The notes under the pieces are model-generated. The model did not search any database. It was given only the letters and a program-made list of their open reading frames with translations, and was not told where the DNA came from. A stretch of DNA of 64,000 nucleotides from Andalucia godoyi And28 (Eukaryota; Protista; Jakobida): assembly GCA_009859145.1 (NCBI GenBank), contig VRVR01000057.1, positions 1-64,000 on the forward strand, written 5' to 3'. Of this stretch, positions 21,301 to 30,277 are shown in pieces. The position numbers were made by a program, and so were the translations under genes. Each line of letters starts with the position of its first letter. Position 1 is the stretch's first letter.

Positions 21301-23021
21301 AAGGACACAACCCCAACAGCGGAATACGCCAAAAGCAAATGCTCAAACTTTGGATTCACAGAAATAAACTCTATAGGCTGCGATAACTGATCTGCCGCAA
21401 CCGAAGAACCGAAAAAGGAGCGGAGGTCCGTCTCGACATCGAACACGTGAACTGGCTCTAATTGCTGTCCGTCAATCACCTGAATCGTGCAGGACGATGC
21501 GTTCGAGGTGGTCACGTGCTTGCAAGCAAGAACACAAAACCGATCCTGCAGTGTCCACACAGCAGCATTCACGATCGATGACACCTTTCTACCATCATCC
21601 GCCAATCGCCTGGGCTCCTTCACATCAATCCTGAACAATTCAAAAGTGTGCACATCCGTCGACGAAGACGCTTGAAACGTGCACACAAGAGGGAGTCCGT
21701 GTTGGCTCAAAATCAGGGCGGCGAATCCGTGACTGGCAAAGTGAATTTCACTCACAGCAGCTTTCGGATGCTCGAAAACGGATTCACGGGCTCCCTTCGT
21801 TAAGAAAATCCTGGAAGAAGCCTCGTCACTGGGCGCCGAGGAATCGCCGCCAATGTCTGAATCCACAGAGGCGTCGGATGATTCGTCGGCACCCTCCTCA
21901 AAACTCTCTTCATCGTCATCAGAACCAGCAGTGGTGCGAAGCGATTGTTGAAGAGCGGCTTCGCAGTTGGCATCCTTTGTCAGGCACGTATCTGCAATGC
22001 TGCCAACATGGACAAACACAACCTCGCCCGTCCGCAGTCCGCAAAGCACAATGTCACGCTGTGGAGACAAGTTGGCCCACGTGACTTGATTTGCCGCCTG
22101 TCTGTTCGTTACGAGAACACTCTTGGAACGCACCCTCGTTCCGTGAAAATCCAAGACTCGTACTGTCCCATCAGAGGAAACGACCACCAGCCGTTCGTTT
22201 GCAACATTACGTTCCAGAGACTCGAAATGATTGTCGCTTTTGCCATTGCTACTATCTTCTTCTGCAACTTCCTCCGAGTTTGGGAAGAAGAACCGAATCA
22301 AGACAAACCCGCATAAGAACCCATTCTCCACAAAAACATTCTCTCCTGTCCTCAAATTCCACAGCCGGACCGAGTAGTCCTGGCATCCAGCAAAGGCAGT
22401 AGACGCGGTTGCCAAATACTCATTGCTGCAGTTAATTGCGCAGTCATCAATGCTTCCGAGATGTCCGCGAAACGTACGGACGAGTTGCCCAGTGTCGGAT
22501 CTCCAAATCTTGAAATTCCCGTCGGCACCACCCGTGCCGATAAGAAACCCAGTCGTGTCGAAGCACGCACAAGTGACACCGAGCAAGTGGCCCTTTGTCT
22601 GCATCATGAACTTGAGCAAGAACGAGGACACGTCTGGGATGCTTTTTGATGACCGCGACCGTGAGCGCAATGCCGTGAGCACGTTCGGAGACACCTGATT
22701 CTGTTTGCCCGAGGAAGCACCCGATACCGAGTCGGACCGCAGCAGCAGGCTGTTTTCCCCCTTTCGAGGCTCCACCAGCGGCAGGATCATCCGGGCAAGC
22801 GTGTTGCACGGAATGTCCGAAAACAGATAGCACACATCGCTCCAATCAAGGCGCGCCGGAGCACCCGGCATTGTAAATGCGGAACTTGGAAAACGGACTT
22901 GTCCGCAACTTCTGCTTACCAGTGCTTGCAAATCCACAACACTGAATTCCGGACACGACTGCAAATACTTGAGACACAGGAACATAAGCTCCTTTCTGAA
23001 CGTTTCATCATCATCATTCAT
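18351..23021 (-). CDS. WD40-repeat + bromodomain protein (BRWD1/PHIP-like)
   Basis: RKELMFLCLKYLQ N-terminus, KGHLLGVTCACFD...TGGADGNFKIW, RGHLGSIDD, YVPFIGEEVIYF, C-terminal bromodomain FVEPVPLDDYPDY...NSLVYN. Confidence 0.88.
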   Translation of the reverse strand: MNDDDETFRKELMFLCLKYLQSCPEFSVVDLQALVSRSCGQVRFPSSAFTMPGAPARLDWSDVCYLFSDIPCNTLARMILPLVEPRKGENSLLLRSDSVSGASSGKQNQVSPNVLTALRSRSRSSKSIPDVSSFLLKFMMQTKGHLLGVTCACFDTTGFLIGTGGADGNFKIWRSDTGQLVRTFRGHLGSIDDCAINCSNEYLATASTAFAGCQDYSVRLWNLRTGENVFVENGFLCGFVLIRFFFPNSEEVAEEDSSNGKSDNHFESLERNVANERLVVVSSDGTVRVLDFHGTRVRSKSVLVTNRQAANQVTWANLSPQRDIVLCGLRTGEVVFVHVGSIADTCLTKDANCEAALQQSLRTTAGSDDDEESFEEGADESSDASVDSDIGGDSSAPSDEASSRIFLTKGARESVFEHPKAAVSEIHFASHGFAALILSQHGLPLVCTFQASSSTDVHTFELFRIDVKEPRRLADDGRKVSSIVNAAVWTLQDRFCVLACKHVTTSNASSCTIQVIDGQQLEPVHVFDVETDLRSFFGSSVAADQLSQPIEFISVNPKFEHLLLAYSAVGVVSLWDLKSFRLISAIIISQFSKASNLLQGGGRAARGWGLYLDEWSPDGLSFIMADNDGFIYLFAAAEEPEKKVYATVPVEQFFKNDTHVVSLDMQGYALDAVTQRRFHEFSESWICNLDGEVYNPQPFSSNGFVPNVPLLDIIEFERRRRHRLENELQRQLLMRDLEDRAALGHDDDDDEVDEYASSPSNSEDGADVIHQDAVTDDGDADAGSFDEQRIVSFDDVDADEMFQDILRKNRTWCMRYFPLERVAVEHGLHYVPFIGEEVIYFTSGHRAHDQRYPCQLPELLPWNMFGDSWPSVIRGRVVAYNLREEAPYLCPFLNVSIRCHFEHEEQPIHIQVPFLLSDDVFRCDASLSADGVLSRNTPFVISASLYDHSRAVDTNLEGNDFLITVAALGGKKPTTVEYLLPVRIISRRPIEKVGPLNVWRTAESTDPWKCYIVVATEDCLHGPAAGSRFAVSPFELYSSFPDFSRYDLLSVEARIVKEAYATDPGLFGKICNNDPSSLLFILLRCSKRFYPSAATLIGDLNHLKSLCRVFLPASVSGVESVLEKVCAVQRSEDLDDDEEFRSCRRRGKQSRKTIVTYEDAMSMFSRLVADHTPKKKKRRAGRRRNLVSDSEEESSSDEPVAEDAARTPVVSAVSAVAAVSSRPSMKRGVAIEEEERRDTKKRRVADDATAAPPPFSPTDAFLSLFETYFTTQFKRLERIANRQGGQMKETLTQFRVWFSYLRKKADFLCSKYVEFSPSVWPTFQSSVLSLFSEEFVEPVPLDDYPDYMDYIVEAISVSDIGRKVYAGNWLVFLLDVWKMVTNSLVYNSAFQPFVSKGLLDVMTVNDQLQKELNAIAGASSSSLLSSALPNFVSCVDDPVPRQVSTYFSRISSSWIFEYAPTRSTRKVRSISDLCSEPFDSFESAKKELGSCIDLVRTNFLSFLHACDPREKKEKTKEFEDEVYWIMLQFGLFEHVSAQTDDDEEEEGEGEETNNNE

Positions 23022-23626
23022 TGAACAAAGGCACAATATGCACAAAAAGTCACAGAGCACAGATGCACAGATGCAGGGAGGAAGTGGACGTGGCAGTCTG
23101 CAGTCTCGTTTTCTTTCTTCTTCTTCTTCTTTTTTTTATATATCTTTTTCCTTTTTTTTTTTTCTTTTTTGTGCCCTCTCTTCTTTTCTTTGCAGCGTTG
23201 ACAAACGACAATCTGCACTTTCTCCTCTCAAAGCGTGTCCCTGTGAGCGCCAGAAAGATGCGTCATTGGGGAAGATATGGGCGGTCCTTTGGGAGTGGAG
23301 GGAAAAAAGGCGATCGATGACATTCAGCAGCATCGCGTGATGCCAGAGCGCTCTCTCTCTCTCTGTTTTTTTTTTTTGAACCGTGACTACAGTCGGCTCG
23401 GTCTGTATTATTTTTTATTTTTATTTTTGGCTGGAGGAGGGAACTCGAACTCTTTGGAAAAGGTCGAAGTGGACTGCTGGCTCGTGAACTCCTGGAAATC
23501 TCGCAGCGCTTTTGTGGAACTACGAGTTACAAAAAATATACCCCCGTACGAGTCCGAAATCAACATTTACCTGGTGCTGGAAGCGACTTCGCAAAAGGAC
23601 GAGGGGGGAAATAAGCATTACTGGAA

Positions 23627-24565
23627 ATGAGTGACACGCTAGAAGACTGGGGCGATGCGCTCCGGCAGCTTGCGGGGAAGACGGAGGCTGTGCAGACGCT
23701 GCATACGTATGTGTCGAACCTGCTGCAGCACCCCGAGGACCCAAAGTTTGCGAAGATCAGAAAGGGAAACCCTGCGTTTGCGACTCGTGTTGCGGCGGTG
23801 GCTGGAGGAGTGGCGTTCCTGAGGGGTGTGGGCTTTGTTGACGACGGCGAGTTTCTTACGTTCCGTGGGTTTGTTGACCCGGCCCGAGATCCTGACGCAC
23901 GCGAACTCAACATGGAAATCCTGCTGGCGGCGCGCGACGGCCTCCAGGAGCTCGTGAGTGCTGCAGGTGCGGCCCCCGGTGCGGCTTCTTCCTCCGTGCA
24001 TGCTCACTCGAACCCGAACCCACCGGTACAGCCGGTGCTGTCCGAGGAGGCGCGGCGATACCAGGAGCAGATGCGGCAGCAGCTGAAGAAGGACCAGGAT
24101 GAAAAGGCAAGGTTGAAGGCGCAGCTGGAAGCAGACAAGCGAGACCGGGTGGCGGACCGCAAGGCCCACGAGGGGATCGTGTACTCGAACAAGCCGATTC
24201 CGGTGCGTGGTGGCGACAGTCTTGGAGTTCCGACGGGGGTCGTGCATGTCGACAACGACGACCAGTTTGAACAGACTCTGAAGAGAGCGGAGGGACTGCC
24301 TGTCATCTTGGACTTCTTTGCAGAGTGGTGCGGCCCATGCAAGCAAATCGCGCCTGTTTTCGAACGCCTCGCGGCCCAGCACGCAGGCAAGGCAGTCTTT
24401 GTGAAGGTCGATGTCGACCAGTGTCAGGACATTGCAAAGCGCTACAGCGTATCTGCCATGCCTACATTCATCGTGCTCAAGCACGGTTCCGTCGTCGACA
24501 CGATGAAAGGCGCCAATGCAAACGGTCTCGCATCCATGGTCCAGAAACACATCCCAGGCTCGTAA
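23627..24565 (+). CDS. PUB domain - coiled coil - thioredoxin fusion protein
   Basis: PUB: TLHTYVSNLLQHPEDPKFAKIRKGNPAF...FLRGVGF. Linker EKARLKAQLEADKRDR. Trx: LDFFAEWCGPCKQIAP...VDVD...SAMPTF. Confidence 0.9.
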   Translation: MSDTLEDWGDALRQLAGKTEAVQTLHTYVSNLLQHPEDPKFAKIRKGNPAFATRVAAVAGGVAFLRGVGFVDDGEFLTFRGFVDPARDPDARELNMEILLAARDGLQELVSAAGAAPGAASSSVHAHSNPNPPVQPVLSEEARRYQEQMRQQLKKDQDEKARLKAQLEADKRDRVADRKAHEGIVYSNKPIPVRGGDSLGVPTGVVHVDNDDQFEQTLKRAEGLPVILDFFAEWCGPCKQIAPVFERLAAQHAGKAVFVKVDVDQCQDIAKRYSVSAMPTFIVLKHGSVVDTMKGANANGLASMVQKHIPGS

Positions 24566-24869
24566 GCACGACGGCGTGTCCCGCCCGTAGCCGGTATCGC
24601 ACGGTTGACAGCTTTGTACATCAATGTTGAACATCAAACAATACGATTTATTTTATTATTTTTTTTAACCGCAGTCAAGTCCAGAATTTCTTCATTCCTC
24701 ACTTTTTGTTCATTCTTTCTATTATTCTTTCTGTTTGTTTGTGTTTCATAATCGAACCCTCTAGCAGCACCTTTCATCAAAGACAGAAAACATCGCATGG
24801 CTCCAAAGGGGAATCTTCCCGACAACTCAGACTGGCCCTGCCCGAAGATACCGAGAACCAAGGAACTCG

Positions 24870-25025
24870 TGGTTGTGATGACCCTTTGATGTAGAGGAAT
24901 CTGTATTGAAGAGTTGGTGCTCACTCCCAATTAAAGAAGCAAAACAAAACACGCGGCTTTGGATCTGTCTTCGGCGACAGCTTCGCCGATGATGATCAAC
25001 AATGATTCATGTTTTGGCGCGCGGT
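24870..25025 (-). repeat. Dispersed ~160-bp repeat, copy B
   Basis: Reverse complement aligns with 14259-14421; lies just downstream of the Fanzor1-like relic on the same strand. Confidence 0.85.
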
Positions 25026-25199
25026 ATCGGCACCCAGCCCCATTCTGCGTCTACCGAATCGTCCCACAGCAAATATCGGCAACAATTTCCGATTCTCGCT
25101 TTGAAAGGATGTGTCTTGAAAAACAAGAATATGTCAGTGACAACATTCTTATTTTCCAGACAGACGCGACACTAATTACACTTCTGAAGAAGAAGAGAG

Positions 25200-26300
25200 T
25201 GTGACGACATTCGTTGGTTGCGACAGTTCAACAAATGTTGCATCGACTTGCCCTCGAAGCAAATGCAAAGGCCGCTCTGCATTCGCTCCATCAGCAAACC
25301 AACAACGCCGAATCCCGAAAGCCGCACTCAAATCACGTGGAACTCACCGATGCCCGAAACAGTGTATGGAATGACAAACTTTCAGTCCCCGATGGGCTTC
25401 CGCCGTTGATAGGCAGATTAATTTTGCTTATGCACTGCTTCCCGCAATAGCCACCACCGCTCCTCCAACGACCTCACCGAACTCGCAATATTCTCCTCGC
25501 GTCAGTTTGTAATCGTGACCGGAATCATCCACACCGAAGAGCACGATAGCACGACTGGGATCCATACCAATAATTCGCAGTCCGGCGTCGTTTGCATCTT
25601 GCTCAGCTTTGATGTCAGAATATTGATCTTCGTGACTTGCACTGATTTCACAAGACGGACGATCATACCGAAAGCAGATGGTTCTGTCATCGGTTGCAAG
25701 CGTGGTTCCCAACACCGAGTTTCCCTGCCAACTTTTTCATTTCCACAGTCTTCACATCCACCTGAAAATAGGTGTCCAAGGTAATTGCCACAATCATCTC
25801 TGTTGATAGAAAGTTGGAATTAAATAAATAACCCAGTCGGTTTGATCCTGTTCGAGGTTCGGAAACCAACAGTGAAGACATCTTTGAGTCATCGGGAAAA
25901 CAGCCTTCTTGTTTCCAGCCTGCTTTTTTCTTGACCACATATCGAACCATTTTCCGGACACTTTTTTTTTCCAATGTAGTCTTCAACATGTTGAGAAAGT
26001 TTGTGTGGTACATTTGAGCAGCATCCGTGAGAGCGTGTGTGCTGTCCGGAATAGCTTCTTGTAAAAATGGCCCATAAAGCGGGCGTTTTTCGTTTCAAAC
26101 CACTCCCAGACAGCAGTCTTGAACTTCAGCCGCTCAATCCTGCCTTCGTCTGGATCAGTTGTGTTTCCGACGTTGAGTTTCGTGGTGAGGCCTGTGAGGA
26201 AAAAACGATAGACACCAGTCCTTTTCACTGAAGTTCGGAAGCGGGAGCTGCGGATGAAATGTTTTGCCTTTCGGTGCTCAAAGCGTTTACTTTTCAACGT
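25200..26300 (-). mobile_element. Degraded Fanzor1-like (eukaryotic TnpB homologue) ORF
   Basis: Pieces in the expected order across frameshifts: ALTDAAQMYHTNFLNML..KKSVRKMVRY; IVAITLDTYF; TTLATDDRTICFRYDRP (cf. .I.TDG.SV...+.R); RuvC-I LRIIGMDPSRAIVLFGVDDSGHDYKLTRGEY; SVRSLEERW. No clear RuvC-II/III. Confidence 0.65.
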
Positions 26301-26530
26301 CGAGAAATGTCGTCGATATTTGTTGCCGGACAGTAGTTGCCCTTCGTGGGCTTTTGGGCATTCCCCATTTTAGTCCTTTGGTGCTCTGCAATCTGGGAAT
26401 TCTCTTGCATTTTCGCTTTGCTGCGTTTTCATTTCTGTCATATCAAAAAGAAACGTTTAATTTAAATTTTAATTTAAAAATAATTGAATTGAATTAAAAT
26501 AAATTGACGGGTGGGGAATCTTGGAGGGGG

Positions 26531-29071
26531 ATGAGTCACACCGCTTTTGAGTTTGCGGTTGGGGAGGAGTCGCTTCCGAGTCCGATCGCTGCAATGTCGT
26601 TGTGTGGAAACATGCTGTATGTGGCGCTGCAGGACTGCACACTGCTTCGGTACCGGTTCAGCAACGCCCTTGTGAATCCGGGGCCGACGGACGAGCTGGC
26701 GTCGTGTAATGTGCCGTCGATGAAAGCGCTGGAGGAGAGCATCCGTTCATACACAAAGAAGCCGCTCATGCAGCTGTCAGTGATCAACTCGGACTCGGAA
26801 CAGTACATCGTCCACTTGCAGTCGGACGGCACGCTGACGATGAATGGCGGGCGGGCAGTGATCAAGAACGTCACGCTGTACACCCTGGCTGCGTACGATG
26901 AATTCCGGGTCGATTTGGCAATCTGCATCAAAAAGAAGCTGCAGCTGTGGACGCTGGATTCGAAGCAAAAGGCATTTGTGCAGACCAAGGAGTTTGGAAT
27001 CGTGGATGTCCCAAAGTCAGTCACGTTCTTTGGCCGGAGTGGCACGCTGTGTCTCGGGTTCAAAAAAGAGTTTGTTGCTTTGCAGTCAAAAGACGGCGAA
27101 GTAAAGGAGATCTTCGCCACTGGGTCAAGGTCATCGTGCGTCGTCGGTCTGTACGATACAGCAGAGTGCGTGCTTGCAAAGGATCTGTGTGGGTTTGTCA
27201 TCGCTGCGGACACGTCGCCTGCGCGGAAACACGGACTAAGCTGGACCGATAGTCCGTCCAACTTAATTTATGTTGCGCCGTATCTGCTGGCGCTGGAGCC
27301 AGGCCTCATTGAAGTGCACATGCACTACGACACCTCGCTGGTGCAAACTATTCCCATTCGCGGCGGCTGTATCCATTCACTGACTAGGCCCAATGACCCG
27401 GTGGTTTGCGTTGCAACCAACGGCGGCGACAATGGAGACAAGAGCACGACATGGTCACTATTGAGAGCAGTGCCGCTGCACAAGCAGATCGACGTCCTCC
27501 TCACCAAGAAGAAGTTTGAAGATGCAGTGAGACTGTGCGACTACATGATGGATGATCCTTCTTCTTTGGATGAGTCTGCCTTTGCAGAGGGAGAAGAGCG
27601 CACGGATAAGAGATATGTTGAGCAAAAGGTACATTTGTACTACGCGTACCATCTGTTCAAGCAAAGTAGTTTCGAGGCTGCAATGGCGCAGTTTGCCATT
27701 GCAAAGGTGTCTCCCGACGATGTTTTGGCTCTTTACTCCTCGTACACCGAAGGGTTTCCGAATGCGTCGACCGACAGCATCCAGGCTCTGACAAAGTTTT
27801 TGTCCAACCACAGGAATGGCACGTCGAAAGTGGATGATGCATTGCTTGCGTGCCACATCCGTACTGGTCCGTCGAACATTCCGGCATTCTTCAAGATGAA
27901 GTCCAATGCGTGCTCGGTGGCGGCAGTCAGGGAAATGCTGCTCGCTCACAATCTCATTGACGACCTGATCTTATTCTACTCCATTCGTGGACTGCATGAG
28001 GATGCAATCGAATTGATCGTCGACCATGTTACGCCGGAGGCGGTTGCAAAATCCAAGATCGTGAAGTACTGCATTGAACAGTCTCTTGCTGGACAGGATG
28101 ATATCATTCTCCGCGCCGTTCGATTCTTGGGCATTGGGCCGGACGCCATGAAGGTCCTGGTATCTCCGTCTGTCTCGCTGTCCAAGCCCGAAGTTCTTGC
28201 CGCAGTGCGATCGTTCCTTGCACCGTCTCCTTCAGATCTCAAGACGTTTTGCAAATACTACGTTCAGGATCGCAAGTCGCAGGATCCGGAGTTGCACGAT
28301 GAATTGGTGCTCATCATGCTCAAGTCTGTGATTGATGCAACTCCTCATGCATCGGGCACGACTTCCACGGACTTCTTGAAGAAGAGAAAAGAGCTGCAAC
28401 TTCTGCTTGCAACGTCGGAATACTTCCATGCGCAAAAGGTTCTGATGCAGTTTCCGTTTGATCAGTTCTTGGAGGAACGAGCATTGATTCTTGCACGAAT
28501 GGGCGCCCATGAAGACGTTCTTGAGATCTATGCGCACCGTCTCAAGCGACACGATCTCGTGGAGCTCTACTGCCGACAGAAGAACACGTTCCGGATAGCG
28601 CTCGAGGTTTATCTTCGGCCGCAGAATGCTCGCGATTCGCTCCAGCACGCGATGAATCTGCTGACGCTCAATTTCGGACAGGCGCAAGCCCAGGTGTCCT
28701 ATCGGGACGTGCTGTCCATGTGCCCGGAGGAAGTGCCTGTGCACCAAATTCTTCCTTATTTTGATGCGCTGCTGTCGCAGAATGAATCCAAACGAAAGGA
28801 GCTCAAGGTAGTCGCGTCTCTTTGGAAGCAAGAGAGCCAGCGTGTCCGCGAAGAGCTGGTGAAAGAACAGGCGCGTTTCGTAAGAATAGGAAGTGAACGT
28901 GGCTGTCGTGTCTGCGGAAAGCGAATAGGAGGCAGCGTTTTCGCAGTCTACCCGCACAATGAAGTCGTTCATTTCTCATGCCTCCGATCCGATCCCAAGT
29001 CTCCCTTGAAGCACTCTTACGGCGAGGGAGGGCCCGGAAACATTGGAAACCCGCTGCCTAACAGACGGTAA
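26531..29071 (+). CDS. VPS39: Vps39/Vam6-family tethering subunit (CNH + CHCR + Vps39_2 Zn finger)
   Basis: CNH propeller (KKKLQLW, DVPKSV, LCLGFKKEF, GLSWTDSP), LHDELVL, EERALILARMGAHE, C-terminal CRVCGKRIGGSVFAVYP..VVHFSC. Confidence 0.9.
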   Translation: MSHTAFEFAVGEESLPSPIAAMSLCGNMLYVALQDCTLLRYRFSNALVNPGPTDELASCNVPSMKALEESIRSYTKKPLMQLSVINSDSEQYIVHLQSDGTLTMNGGRAVIKNVTLYTLAAYDEFRVDLAICIKKKLQLWTLDSKQKAFVQTKEFGIVDVPKSVTFFGRSGTLCLGFKKEFVALQSKDGEVKEIFATGSRSSCVVGLYDTAECVLAKDLCGFVIAADTSPARKHGLSWTDSPSNLIYVAPYLLALEPGLIEVHMHYDTSLVQTIPIRGGCIHSLTRPNDPVVCVATNGGDNGDKSTTWSLLRAVPLHKQIDVLLTKKKFEDAVRLCDYMMDDPSSLDESAFAEGEERTDKRYVEQKVHLYYAYHLFKQSSFEAAMAQFAIAKVSPDDVLALYSSYTEGFPNASTDSIQALTKFLSNHRNGTSKVDDALLACHIRTGPSNIPAFFKMKSNACSVAAVREMLLAHNLIDDLILFYSIRGLHEDAIELIVDHVTPEAVAKSKIVKYCIEQSLAGQDDIILRAVRFLGIGPDAMKVLVSPSVSLSKPEVLAAVRSFLAPSPSDLKTFCKYYVQDRKSQDPELHDELVLIMLKSVIDATPHASGTTSTDFLKKRKELQLLLATSEYFHAQKVLMQFPFDQFLEERALILARMGAHEDVLEIYAHRLKRHDLVELYCRQKNTFRIALEVYLRPQNARDSLQHAMNLLTLNFGQAQAQVSYRDVLSMCPEEVPVHQILPYFDALLSQNESKRKELKVVASLWKQESQRVREELVKEQARFVRIGSERGCRVCGKRIGGSVFAVYPHNEVVHFSCLRSDPKSPLKHSYGEGGPGNIGNPLPNRR

Positions 29072-29211
29072 CGCGCTCTGCATTCTGTTACAGTAATTAA
29101 TTAAATTAATAATACTCATTATAAAAATTTTTAAAAATGGATTAAAATCAGAAGCCAGACGACCGCCCAGGCTTGCTGTCCCGTTGGGACGACATGCATT
29201 CCATGTCTGCA

Positions 29212-29390
29212 GAAAGCACTTCCAAGCCTTGCGGACTGTGTGGCACGGTTCGGCCGTCACTTCGGTGGAAACAAGACGTTTTTACATGTCCACGATACGC
29301 GCCACTTTTTATCTTGCGAATGCCGCCGAAATGCCTGTTGGGAGGGAGGGCCGGTCCCGCCTTCCCGGTACTGCAAGGCAGTCCGGGTTG
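29212..29390 (+). mobile_element. TnpB/Fanzor2 C-terminal Zn-finger/RuvC-III relic followed by a hairpin
   Basis: ESTSKPCGLCGTVRPSLRWKQDVFTCPRY (cf. E.YTSK.C..CG....L....F.C..C), then ANAA in a shifted frame (cf. RD.NAA.N); 10-bp stem cccgg-t-actgc-aag-gcagt-ccggg at 29364-29387. Confidence 0.65.
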
Positions 29391-29752
29391 CAGCATCGAT
29401 GGTGTACGTCGTCAGAGACGGCTGTGCAGGAGTTTAGGGTGAGTGGTGAGTGCAAAATGGAATGCGTGAAAGAGCCCCCCAACCCCCCCTCCCCACTGCA
29501 CAAGAGCGTCGTCCGGCAAGAGTGGAAGCAGTCTGCTCGGATGCTCGAAGTGCCCAAGTCGTTTCCACACGAAAAACACCAGCACGGACTGCTCCTATGA
29601 ATTCTCAGAAAAAGCCTGGCATGTCGATGGATGAATGGTGGCATTTCCTGTGTGTTTTTATTTATTTAAATTATTATTATTTTATTTTTTTAATTACTGG
29701 TTGATTTTTTGGTTTCAGCATCATCGCTATTACTGGTAGCACGCAGCCAAGC

Positions 29753-30031
29753 ATGAATCGCAGCACAGGAGACGAAAAGGATCCGACAGACTCGTTCAAC
29801 GCGACGGGCGTTCGCGGTAGTGGAATTGACATTCCGAGCAATGCAGAGATCATCTCTGGGGACGGCTATGCATTTTCGTCGGGCAAGGCACCGAAACGTG
29901 TGTCCTTTCGGGTTGATGAAGACAATGCAGACATCACCAAGACGCACGTTTGGGAGCCGAACGAAGGCCATGACGACATGGAGCACTCCCGGGATTTGTA
30001 CATGAACCATGAAGACGGAGATGATACATAA
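29753..30031 (+). CDS. Small acidic protein (92 aa) with a KRVSF PP1-docking motif
   Basis: Clean ATG after a T-rich leader, coding-like composition, KAPKRVSFRVDED, AT-rich 3' flank. Confidence 0.55.
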   Translation: MNRSTGDEKDPTDSFNATGVRGSGIDIPSNAEIISGDGYAFSSGKAPKRVSFRVDEDNADITKTHVWEPNEGHDDMEHSRDLYMNHEDGDDT

Positions 30032-30277
30032 TGCTGGTAAATAGGGTTACTTGCTGAACTGATAAACGCAATGCGCATACGGAGCAAGACGAAGAGTGAT
30101 TTTTAATATCAATAATATGAAGCGACGATCAGCAACAACCACAACCACAACCACAACCACAACCGCAAACAATTAACAAGCAACACACTGCAAAGGCACA
30201 AAGCAACACGGACGACACGGGGATGAGAATAAAAAACAACCGAACGTCAAGAACACGGTGTGTTCAAGACATGGTCA

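Noticed and set aside
24700-24870. LGIFGQG...FDYETQT as Fanzor RuvC-II region
   Set aside because: Catalytic spacing is unconvincing; not counted as evidence.
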